Assembly (NCBI GenBank): GCA_951406725.2
Contig: OX597816.1
Span: forward strand, 143,406,001 to 143,470,000
Source: Octopus vulgaris
Taxonomy: Eukaryota
Direction: 5' to 3'
Length of the DNA stretch: 64,000 bases
Shown: one piece after another, positions 11,967-22,439 of the stretch
Position numbering within the stretch: the first letter of the stretch is position 1
Layout: every line of letters begins with the position of its first letter
Position numbers and translations under genes: made by a program
The notes under the pieces: model-generated
What the model was told of the DNA's origin: nothing
Database searches by the model: none
The model's input: the letters and a program-made list of their open reading frames with translations, nothing else

Positions 11967-12500
11967 GTATAAGGACTTGCTGAAGGCTTCCTTAAGAGAT
12001 GCTTGCATCTCTCCTGACACATGGGAGGGCATAGCTATTGATCGTAGCAGGTGGAGAAGGATTGTGCACGAAGGGACAGCTACTTTTGAGAAATCTTGAG
12101 TTGCGCATGAGAAAGTAAAGAGGGATGTCAGGAAGGGCATTGCTGTTACACTTCCAGATGGGAAGGGTTTCCTATGATGCTGACATGCAGTGTCTGTGCA
12201 AGACCCTGCCTCAGTAAAGCTGGACTCAAAAGTCATCTTCGTAGTCATAAAGCGAGACTGATGAGTGACAACCTGGCCACTGGTGGTGGTGTTACACACC
12301 ATACTAATCATATCTGTCAGGCAGGTGGAAGAGAGTGCAATTCGGCAGGAGGACTTAAACGACATGCAAAGGTACATGAAATCCAGTTATAACTACAGCC
12401 GGCTATAGCCAGTAAAGGTTTTAGCTGCCAATTCTGTACAAGACATTGTAGATCTTTAGCTGGGCTAAAAAGTCACATTCGATCACAGCACCAATTACAG
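11962..12500 (+). mobile_element. RTE-clade LINE C-terminus with three C2H2 zinc fingers
   Basis: YKDLLKASLRDACISPDTWEGIAIDRSRWRRIVHEG (RTE post-RT motif), then CSVCARPCLSKAGLKSHLRSH, CQAGGRECNSAGGLKRHAKVH (degenerate) and CQFCTRHCRSLAGLKSHIRSQH; stops and frameshifts present. Confidence 0.75.
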
Positions 12501-12519
12501 TTAAGCTTCGTGCAATGGC

Positions 12520-12748
12520 CAGCTGAAGACCTGGGCGACGACAATAAAGGAGGACCTCTCTGAACTCTCAATTCTGCAGGTGGTCAGTCTATGCAGATGG
12601 AACTGCGAGTGGCTCGCTATCTCCAGTGACCTCACACAGGACCATTGAGTGTGGGCCGCCATGGTTCATGATGCCATTAGGACCAGAGAAGAAGCCAGCT
12701 CAACCCACCCTGGGTGAATGCTGTCACAAGTACAAGTAAAGTAAGTAT
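12520..12748 (+). mobile_element. 3' end of a second RTE-like LINE with (CAAGTA)n tail
   Basis: KTWATTIKEDL…AQDR-like W motif, followed by CACAAGTACAAGTAAAGTAAGTA. Confidence 0.6.
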
Positions 12749-12759
12749 ACTTATTCATG

Positions 12760-13687
12760 CTGCTCCAGTACATCTACTGCATATGAAGCTTACATTTTCA
12801 CATAGTCTGCCTGTGATTCCATTATATCTCTTGTGTGTCAAAAGCTGAAATCAAGTCCAGCATTTGGAGTTCCTATGTACCCTTTTCTAGATACTGAGCC
12901 AGGCCATTCCCCAAAGATATCAGTCTCATATTGTGTTTCCTGCTAACTAAAAGTTTAATCGTTACTAGGTTAACCTTAAGGCTTCTCAAATCCAGGTTTA
13001 GCTTCCAGGTCTGGAATTTTTTCTCTAATTCCACTATAGATTCAGCCATGAGGACTAGATCATCAGCATATAGGAGTCCTCATGGACAGCCAATTTAAAG
13101 TTTTTCAGAGATGGCTTGGTGGACTATGATGCATAGGAGAGGACTGAATTTTGATGAACTCTCACCTTCAAACTAAATTCATCACTGAAGTTATTGTGAA
13201 CTTCCTTTCTCACAGCATCCTTGTAAATAGCTTGAACTTCTTGTACAAGCCATTCATATACACCTACTTTCCTCAGAGTCCACCATATTATTGAAGGTGG
13301 AACCCTGTCAAATGCTTTCTCCAAATCAATGAAAATCAGGAATAATGGTTTGTTATTAACCAGGTATTTCTTCTGCAGTTACCTCAGCAGAAAGATTGCC
13401 TCTGTGGTACTTCTTCCAAGGACAAAGCCAAACTATAGCTCATCCAGGTTCTCTCTATCATGGATCAACTGGGCTGTAACCTTCTCTGTGACCTTCATAA
13501 CTTGGTCTAGAAGTTTGATTCTCCTATAGTTGCTTCTCTCAAAGGTGTTACCTTTGCCCTTGTAGCAGTTTAAAATGATACTACTACACCAGTTAGTAAG
13601 TATAATACACTCCTGGGTGACTTGATTAACTATATCATTGGTAATCTTGTATTCTACTTTCACAGATATTTTAAACATCTCCATGAC
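12760..13687 (-). mobile_element. RTE-clade LINE RT fragment
   Basis: NWCSSIILNCYKGKG…NYRRIKLLDQVMKV, DLEKAFDRVP, VHQNSVLS and LLYADDL on the minus strand. Confidence 0.85.
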
Positions 13688-13852
13688 TGGAGTAAAGATT
13701 GCTTGCCAACATAACATGGCAGTCCTGGTTTAGTACGAATGTTGCTGTAATTTATCCCCAGGCGGCATTGTCTCCAGCTGGCTATATGACACAATCTGTG
13801 TCCTTATATTTTCAAACAAGGGAATCTAGCAACCACATTCAGCTCAAAACAA

Positions 13853-13897
13853 TATGTGTATCACGATTTTCGGGTTATTTTCCTTCATCAGCACAGA
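13853..13897 (-). ncRNA. Minimal type I hammerhead-like motif, copy A (degenerate)
   Basis: Minus strand TCTGTG-CTGATGA-AGGAAAATAACCC-GAAAA-TCGTGA-TA-CACATA; homologous to 17062-17106. Confidence 0.55.
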
Positions 13898-13917
13898 ATA
13901 ATTGTTTGGCTAGAGGT

Positions 13918-15643
13918 TAATTCTTTATTCTTGGCACAAGGCCTAAACACAGAGGGGACATACATAGACATGTGGGAACAAACAAGTGAAAATGAATAAA
14001 TGAATATAATACAATGATATGAGACAGCCCCACTCCGAGACGAAACTGCAACCACCCTTTTCCTTTCAACCCTATATTTCAATGAAAATGTTTTTAAAAA
14101 GTTAAATCAAACATTCTTACCATCTTTTTCTTTTTTTTCTTTTTGTATCGTTCTTTTCCTTAAGCAAACTCACATCCAATTAAAGTTAATACCATATAGA
14201 TCCAGTAATATATCATAGTCTATTCCGTTTGAAACTTCATTGATGTTGAATGCTATTTGTCTGTATTCCGCACTTTCTTTACAGTTTCTTATTATTTTCA
14301 TTCTGTGTTCTGGCACCAATGCACCTAAAACCATTTTTTCTTTTTTCTTTCCCTTCATGTCTATAACTTTTACATCTTTCCATTGCACTAACTTATCCAC
14401 CACGTTCTTTCAATAAAGCAGAAACAAAACAAATGGGAAGGTGGTTTTGCGATTTCTTGATTGACTGCTGTTCTTTTTTTCTTTTTTGTGTTGGAGAGGA
14501 ATGGGTGGGTTTGGTATCTGCAGGGGGAGGGGGTTGAGAGGATAAGGGTGGGGTGGGGGTATGGGCTGGGGTTTACTTAAGCTTTCCTTTTTCCTCTTCC
14601 TCTGTTTTCTTCTCATATCTTGCCATCCATCATCCTCATTTCTTTCTTTTATCCTTTCCCGTTCCATCTCTGCTCTTTCCTGAGTTGACTTATTTGTCAG
14701 AGGGCAGTCCGCTCTAATGTGGGCTTTTTGGCCACATTTATAGCAACAAGGGCTTCTGCTCTCTATTCACACTTTCATCATTGTTTCTCCAACTGTTACC
14801 GTTTCTGCAAGCAACTCTAAGTTTTCCACTTTACTCTGTATTATTAGTTCCAAAATTTTACCGTGCCAATTAGTGGCTTCCATTTCTGTAGCCTGGAGTA
14901 TGGTGACCACTTTCTCGCTTCCTAGAAGCACAACTGCTGCCACCCAAGCTACATCTATTTCAGGGAGGATTCCCTCCATCCTGACCTTGGAAGTTCTCCT
15001 TCCAAGGTATGTGGGTAGAAGGATTACCCTTTCCGTTTTCATCGATTTTGCTAAGTTTTCCTTCGCATTTACCCTGTTCTTAAAAGACACCTCAACAGTG
15101 CTGTATTGGCTTCCTCTAGCAAGATACACTATGTTTTGCCAGATAGGCTTCAACCCATTTTTGATTTCGACCATCTGTTCATTCACTAGCCTTTTCTCCT
15201 TGACAGAACAGACCAATCTTTCTTTCTTCCATTTCCCTTAGTATTTCTTGCGGTGGTGGCAATTTCACATCACCACCTTCCTTTTTTAGCATTTTTTCAT
15301 AGTTTTTCAAATTTTTGAGCCTTACCTCTTTCTTTGGTACCTCTGTTACTTTCTCAAAACTTTTCTCTTTTATAGTTCTGTTCATCTTCATCACCGTTTT
15401 TATCAGCTCCTCTTCAGATGATGACTGTTCTGCAATTGACACCTCTGACTTGCTCACGTCCAAATAAGCCTCAGCCATCCCTTCTCAAACTGCAGAGGGA
15501 CAGCTTCACCAAAAAAAAAAACACAAAAAAAAAAAAACGCTACAATACAGCACACAAAAATATTACAATAATAGATGGAAACACACAGAACGAACTCACA
15601 TAACCTTGGTAACAGCAAATTATCAATCGCAATGCAAAAATTG
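13918..15643 (-). mobile_element. Gag/ORF1-like zinc-knuckle retroelement, unit 1 (no RT), pseudogenised
   Basis: Frameshifted ORF from ATG 15478 through ORFs 15179-15478, 14767-15216 and 14410-14667. CCHC knuckle CYKCGQKAHIRADC at ~14704-14745, then a lysine-rich tail; 3' end …AATAAAGAATTA. Confidence 0.7.
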
Positions 15644-15656
15644 TTCGGCCAGAGGT

Positions 15657-16770
15657 TAATTCTTTATTACAGGCACAAGGCCTAATTATAAATGGGACAT
15701 GCACAGACATGTAAAAACAAAAACACATGAAGAATGAATGTAAAATAAATTAAATTTCAATGAAAATGAGATGGTCATCTTGGTCCTGCTCTGAGATGAA
15801 ACCATGAAATCCTTTTTTTTTCCTTTTTAAACTTATATTTTAACTAACAATTTGCAGCCTCGCTCAGAGGCAAAACTGTGATTTCCCTTTTCCTTTCCAC
15901 CTTAAAAGAAACATTTTGAAAACCTGTTCATTCAACAGTTGCAAGATTTACTTGTTTTACCCTTTTTTTTTCCATAAAAAGTTCAAATAAATGTTTTCCT
16001 CAGTTACAGTTTTACAAAATTATAATGACTTACTACTTCTTTTCCTTTTCCATAATTCGCCACTGAGGCGTGAGGTTCAACATCTACCTCCAGCCTCAGT
16101 GGGTTCGGTCTCTCACAATGTCTTTCTATTTTGCAATCTTTTAAGTGTGGGGTGTCCTATATCTCACTATAATTTTCTTTTTGTTTGTGTTTTGCATGTT
16201 GACTCTTTTTTTTTTCTATATTTCTGCAATTTTTAGCTTTCTTGTGATTATATCTCTATCTCTGTGTGTTCGTGTATTTGTGTGTCTGTGTGTTTGTTTG
16301 ACTGTAATTCTATGTGTTTCATCTGTGTGTCTATGTCTTTAGGTTTCCATAATTCTGGTTTGTCTTGTTTCTCTTCATTATTACTTGTATGCTTTTGCAT
16401 GTCTATTTGTTTGTATATAAGCTGGTCTGAATGATTCTGTACTTGTAAGTCCTTTATTGGTATTTCTACTGGTAAATCTTCTCCGTTTCTCGACGTGGGT
16501 TGGGTTTCTTCTTCCATTGCTTTGCATTTCTTCAATTCCACTGTCATCGGTGACTTCCTTCTCTCTCTTTTTCTGGGTTTCACCTCCGCAAAATTCCTGT
16601 CATGTTCTGTTTTCTGTTTCTGCTTTATTTCTACCATTATATCTTCCTGAACACTCTCCTCTACCATTTACACTGCTACTCTAGGGCATTTCCTTCTCAA
16701 GTGCCCTCTTTCACCACATCCATAACACTTTAGGGGTCTTCCCTCCAACATTATTTCCAGCCTTTCTCCA
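15657..16770 (-). mobile_element. Gag/ORF1-like zinc-knuckle retroelement, unit 2 (5'-truncated, no RT)
   Basis: IMLEGRPLKCYGCGERGHLRRKCP knuckle at ~16683-16755, followed by ORF 16248-16667. Its 3' UTR and terminus are homologous to unit 1 (compare 15657-15730 with 13918-13990). Confidence 0.7.
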
Positions 16771-17061
16771 TTTGGCTAGAGGTGGTGCTGCTAAATTCCT
16801 GTTCGAAATGTATAGTTTTCAAAGTGACAACTAGTCACTGATCTATAAATTAGAAAATTTCTATTTTTAAATCTCACAATGAGAGATATTCAGCAACAGC
16901 ACTTTGGAGTAAAGATTGTTTGCCTACAAAATATAGCAGTCCTGGTTTAGGATGAATGTCGCTGTAATTTAGCCCCAGGAGACAATTGTCTCCAGCTGGC
17001 TATATGACACGATGTGTCCTTATATTTTTGAACAAGGGAATCTAGAACCCTCTCCTTTTAT

Positions 17062-17106
17062 TCTGTGCTGATGAAGGGAAACAACCCAGAAATCGCAATA
17101 CACAGA
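17062..17106 (+). ncRNA. Minimal type I hammerhead-like motif, copy B
   Basis: TCTGTG-CTGATGA-A-GGG-AAACAA-CCC-A-GAAA-TCGCAA-TA^CACAGA: perfect 6-bp stem I, 3-bp stem II with an A·A mismatch at its base, near-palindromic stem III. Confidence 0.65.
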
Positions 17107-18645
17107 TATTGTTTTGAGCTGAGTAGGGGTGTGATAAATTCTGATTGCTAAATGTAGATAGACCTCATGGAAGAGGAAAATCCAGGAGAATATGGGATAA
17201 AGTTGTAAAGACATAATGTTGAGCCTTAAATGAGGTAATAAAGGACCAAGATGATTGGTAATTTATTGTACTTGAGAAAACCCATCTGTGTTGGCAAAAA
17301 TGAGGTCCTAAAAGCATATTACTTATGTTTATGCTCCTGCACCCAAAATGTCCCTGTCAAGCTTTTCAAATACCCATCTCTCCATAACTCTTCTAACTAT
17401 GGCATTATTCATTCAGCATTATATGAAAGCAGAACTACACATATTTCAACCCCTTGGAACCACTTTCTTTTGTCACCCATCCTGCATTCTCATTATAATT
17501 CCTTCCCACTTTATTTTCCAATAAACACGCTTTTCCCAGTCTACACATTATGATTGCCTTACTTCATTCTTAACACTCTCATATTCATTATCATTCTCAA
17601 TATCTTCTTATTTCTGCTGCTGACAATACCACTCACCTCTCTCTATACACATCACTCATTATGTAGATCCCTACATACTTCTAATCACCATCTCTGTCAC
17701 TGTATCCCCCTCCTCCTGACACACACATCTCCCTATTTCTCGCTTATGTTTTGATTATACTGCTGCTTTCTTCTGCTTTTTGTACTATCATTTATCATCT
17801 CCTCCTTCCTGACCCATTCCTATTTCCTTCATGTTCACCCACAAACTAATATTCACCATCAACCACAACCCTACCTCTGCTCACACTTTTCATTACTTTT
17901 AACTCTATCCTCATCTCTAATCATCTATTCACTCTCCTTTCACACTCTCACAGACTTACTCATCCACCCTTCCATATCTCTATCTCTATTCTTTCTTTCT
18001 AGCTGGGGTAACCATGCATCTCCTCTACAGCAAGACACCTGTTCCTCTATCTCTATCATATGTTTGCCTCTCAACATCTGGAATAATGCTTCCCTCTGTA
18101 CTACAGCCCCACTTAGTCCAGGAGGATTGTCTTCCAAGTACCCTGAAAAAAGCTTTCATTCTCAATCTGTAGTATTATAGGAAGGTATCAGACGAAAAGT
18201 GTGCAGTGTGTAGTAAGTGCCTTAAAGGAAGTACAGAAACCAAGTTTACCTGCTACTGTGGTCATAATTGCCGTAGAAAATGTAATCATGACACACTAAT
18301 AAAAAAAGAAAACAAAAACCGTGGTGGCTGCATTGCGGGTGATGAAACTTTTGCAAGTAAGTTTGAAAGTTAAAGGAAAAATTTCGAAGTTTGATAAGCT
18401 TTTTATCTTCCTGTTGATCGATATTTAGTTAACTCCTGGTGATTGATGGAGGTTGGAGTGTGCATTTCATTTGCGTGGCTGCAAGAAACTATGTTGGCAG
18501 CAGAACCTCAATTTGTTCTGAATGGGAAAATTGGTTAGGTTTTTCATGACATCACTCAATTTGAAAATTCCTATTTTCTTGTTTACTAAATTTTTCTATT
18601 TGAAAAAATAAATGTTATTTAGGACATTGTTCATGCGTTTGTACT

Positions 18646-18794
18646 GGTTTTAGATTTAAGGTTTTATGGTTAGGGTTTCAGGGTTAGGTTTTTAGGGTTA
18701 GGGTTTTAGGTTTAGGGTTATAGTGTTAGGGTGTTAGTGTTAGGGTTAGGGTTTCAGGGTTAGGGGTTAGGGTTAAGGTTTTAGGGTTAGGGTT
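18646..18794 (+). repeat. Interstitial telomere-like (TTAGGG)n tract, degenerate
   Basis: About 150 bp of TTAGGG, TTTAGGG and TTCAGGG variants. Confidence 0.85.
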
Positions 18795-18852
18795 GTCATA
18801 AATAACAGTGACAAACGAAAAATACACTGCTGGAAGTTCTGGAAGTAATTTT

Positions 18853-19693
18853 ATTCAGCTGAATACACGTCATTGATTGGTTGAAATTACCGAAATAGGA
18901 CTACTTTAATGTGAAATTACTAACGTGAAATGCCAAGAGTAAAAGATGTTTTATATGACACATTCTGCCAGTGTCCGAAGTTTGAAAGTGTTTTGTTACA
19001 AAAAATTATTTTTTAAATCTGTAGGTTAAAAGGTAAAGATCCTCCAAATATTGGGATTCCCTTGACTACGAAAGTAGTTTCACGGATCTTATAGATTTTT
19101 AAATTAATTTAAAATTAATTTGAAACTTCGGATACTGGTTGAACTTGTCAGAGGTTTTTCTATTCTGTACATAAAAAAGTTTGGTTACTTTTTCTAGCAG
19201 GTCATGCAATCACATACAGGCTTTGTTGTTGGTCTGTCTCAGTAATAATTTTGTTGTTATTTAACCACAAGTCAACCCTGATTCAGCAAACCTATCATCA
19301 AAGATATTCCAGCCTTCAGCTAACCGTCTTTTTAGGGATAATCTAGGAGATGAAGTACAATGAGCATGTGATTTAGGTATGGGGATACTTTGGCTGCTAT
19401 CTTTAGCGAGTCGAGCGACCAGGTAGAGGCTCTTTCATTGGTATGGATCCAGAAGTTGATGTTTGCAAACAGCAGCAGTAATTTTCTTCAGCTGAATACA
19501 CGTCATTGATTAGTTGAAATTACCCAAATATGACAACTTTAACACGAAATAACTTCTAAAATACCAAATTTTGTCAAAAACGTTAAGAGTAAACCCTGTT
19601 CTATGTGACACATTCTATCAGTATCCGAAATTTCAAAGTGTTTAGTTAAAAAAAAAATAATTAAAAAATCTGTTCGTCAATTTGAATAGATCC
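18853..19693. mobile_element. Further TIR segments of the 8029-8344 MITE family (right TIR ending 19042; left end 19084; right TIR ending 19693)
   Basis: CAGCTGAATACACGTCATTGATT.GTTGAAATTACC…GACACATTCT..CAGT.TCCGAA.TTT.AAAGTGTTT…AGATCC occurs twice and matches the arms of 8029-8344. Confidence 0.7.
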
Positions 19694-19792
19694 TTACATT
19701 GTCTAATATGCTTTTCCTTCCCCACCCCCATCCTGAGACTGTTTCTAGCAGGCTAAGCAATCGTAATCACTATTCCTGTCTTTGTAAGAGTT

Positions 19793-19945
19793 GTTCCCCT
19801 TGTAACTAGACAACCGCCATTATTCAAAACAAAATAAACGTGACGGAACACGATTTTTCAGCAATTTATTTGCATTTATTCCAAAATTTCATCTATTCCA
19901 TGCCAATGTTTCCACTTCACGGTTAAAGATATTGCAGCCAATCAC
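19793..19945 (+). promoter_or_regulatory. Candidate POC1 promoter/5' region (X-box-like, YY1-like and CCAAT motifs)
   Basis: GTTCCCCTTGTAAC at 19793-19806 (near the RFX X-box consensus), CCGCCATT at ~19814 and GCCAATCA at 19937-19944; local CpG retention. Confidence 0.35.
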
Positions 19946-19949
19946 CACT

Positions 19950-19967
19950 ATGGCAGATTCGGGAATG
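19950..19967 (+). CDS. POC1: POC1 candidate coding exon 1 (MADSGM)
   Basis: ACT-ATG-G start context, six codons, then a GTATAA donor; phase 0 joins exon 2 (RDPCLEKHFKGH). Vertebrate POC1A also has six residues (MAAPCA) before EDP. The donor is weak, so this exon is tentative. Confidence 0.55.
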
Positions 19968-20699
19968 GTATAAAACAGTATTTAATTCATTCATTTAAAA
20001 TATCTACTCAGCAATTTATTTTCCTTCGTAAAATTACTTCAGACACTCCATCTGTTGCTTTTCTTTATTTATGCTATTTTGTTTTCTAAACCCCGGATAA
20101 AAAAAAATCAGTAATTCGTCTCCACCTTTTCAAACTAACAATAATTTACATAAACAATATTTTTCTAAAACGTTTTATCCGGTCATTCAGAATATAAGTT
20201 TATTTGACAGACGTTACACCTGAAGCGTTTATGTCGCGATTCTTCAATAATATTTTGCCCTTAGTATTAACACTATTTTCAGTTTTTTTTAAAGAAATGT
20301 TTCTTCTACTCTTATAAATAAACTCATATTTTCCAAAGCTCGTTGTTTAGATGATTTCAGATACAGGTGAAAGATTCTATTGAGACAAAATAATTGACCT
20401 TAACAGAATTCTCATAGTTTTCCTAAATAATGCTGATGTTTGCGAACAACTTCTGGGTCCATACCAATGAAAGAGCCTCTACCTGGTCGCTCGACACGTT
20501 AAAAATAGCAGCCAAAGTATCCCCATACCCTATTATTTCCTAAATAATTTAATATAATATTATTATTTTATTTACAATTTTCGACTTTAAATCTCTATGT
20601 ATAAACGTATGAGTAATGCTCTACTTTTTTGTGTTCCTTTCAAAAACATTAACGGAGTTAAGTGAAGTTAAATTAGTTACCACCAGAAATTGAAGCTGT

Positions 20700-22290
20700 A
20701 GATTTTGTGTGTTGATGTCTTTTGTACAGAACCCCTGTCTGTCATTAATGCGCGTGAATGCTAGCACACTCACACTCTTTCATGTACGAGCAAAAGAACT
20801 ACATTTTAAAATGTTTACTTCATCTACCGCCATAACTTTCGTTTCCAACCTTTAAAGTGTGCTATATCTCACCATCATTATTGATATTGTACCTGGTTTA
20901 ACAAATTTAATACAGTTATTGAGATGTTCCGCTAGAAATAGCAACCAAATCTCTCTGCCCACTCTTCACTCTTTTCACAGAAGGAAGGATACACTTGATA
21001 ATCTCGTCCTAGACATTGCTCGAAGGAATATAGCTTAATAAGAGATGACTTAGACCGAACAACAACTGTTTTAGGTATTAATTGGATCAGACATCCTTCA
21101 CTGGATGATACGACAGCAAGTATCCCAACTAATTTCATAAGGATATTAACTGTGGGCACCAATTATGTTATCTACATTAACTTTATTTGACTGTTTGTGA
21201 TAATTTTCAATAAAACACTAATTGTCATGAAGTTAATTTAACTAACAACCGATTAGTTTGAAGATCGGTTGTTCGAGGATTATGATCAAAATGTTCCCGC
21301 GGTTACGAAGAGGTTTAATAAATATATTTATGATGATGTGCTTGTTGAAGAACTCTTTTACTGAAGAAAATTTTAAGCGTTGACAGTCATTAAAGAAGCG
21401 AGAACAATTGTCAGTTTATTTCGTTGGTGAGCTGAACTGTTGAAGATTAGGTGTTATAGTGATAGCCAAATCTGCAGTTAGTGCAAGTGATACTGACCCT
21501 ATCTCGTTAGTCAGTGTTTTTTGAATTACTTCAGAATTATGTTAAAGAGGAATATAGTGAATTGCAGTTAATCAATGATACTAAGACACGATAGAATAGT
21601 TTATTTGCAGAGTTAGAACAGTTCTTCTTTAAAACTTATATTGCAAAAATATCATGCGACTACAAAACGTTTAATACATTACAACATTGAAACTGATTAA
21701 AATTTGTGTTGAAAAACTTTGTCGAAGGGACGTAACCCTGATTTCTGCAGAAAACATATTTTTTAAATTTTAGAATTGAATCAACTAAATACTCCCATGT
21801 CCCTCTTGTCAAGAGACTGTGTCGAAAATGAGAAATGAAAAGCAAAATAATTTTATCTGAGAGAATTGATGAAATATTTAAACAATCCTCTTTTAATTTT
21901 TAGATGCACTCAACTGTTAGAAGAATCCTCTATTTCCTATTCTAATTCTGAATTCATGGTAATTGAAGCAGCCACTTCATCGAATGAAATGTCCTGCTAC
22001 AAAGATTAAATATTGCCATTAATAAATGAAACCAGTCAAGAGAGCATTCAGTTATTTTGTGACCCCCCCCCCCCAAAAAAAAGAATAAGACATTGAAAAG
22101 ATGAAAGTATTTGAAAGAACTGGACATAGAGGTGTTAACTTGTAGAAACTTTTTTGCTCTTTCTACTATTTCTCCAACTTTGAAACAGAGAATGCCTTTT
22201 CTGTACTTGAACTCTTAGTTACAAAACTGTCATCTTGTTTGAATAAAAACACCATTAATGATATCTGCTTCAGGATTTCTTTGTTTCTGA
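20700..22290 (+). mobile_element. Highly decayed hAT transposase fossil in POC1 intron 1
   Basis: Fragmentary HQLCYLH (CxxH motif, ~21155), LQNYVKEEYSELQLINDTKTR*NSL (TRWNS-like, ~21530-21600) and a TENAFS…VTKLSSCLNKNTINDICF C-terminal dimerisation-like motif (~22185-22270). Confidence 0.6.
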
Positions 22291-22439
22291 ATTATTGGTT
22301 TTTATGCAAGTATCCGTGTTTTTTAATGGAACAAGTTTTTATGGTCATGTGTCTTGCTCTGTAGTATCCAACATAACTTTAAATCATTAAATTAAGAAAG
22401 TTAAAAAAATGGAAAATAAAGATTGCTGTCTATTCTTGG

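Noticed and set aside
12174-12392. Host C2H2 zinc-finger gene
   Set aside because: It is contiguous with a LINE C-terminal segment, broken by stops, and lacks TGEKP linkers.
18646-18794. True telomere or chromosome-fusion site
   Set aside because: The tract is short, degenerate and in a single orientation (no head-to-head CCCTAA), and it sits beside a transposon TIR.
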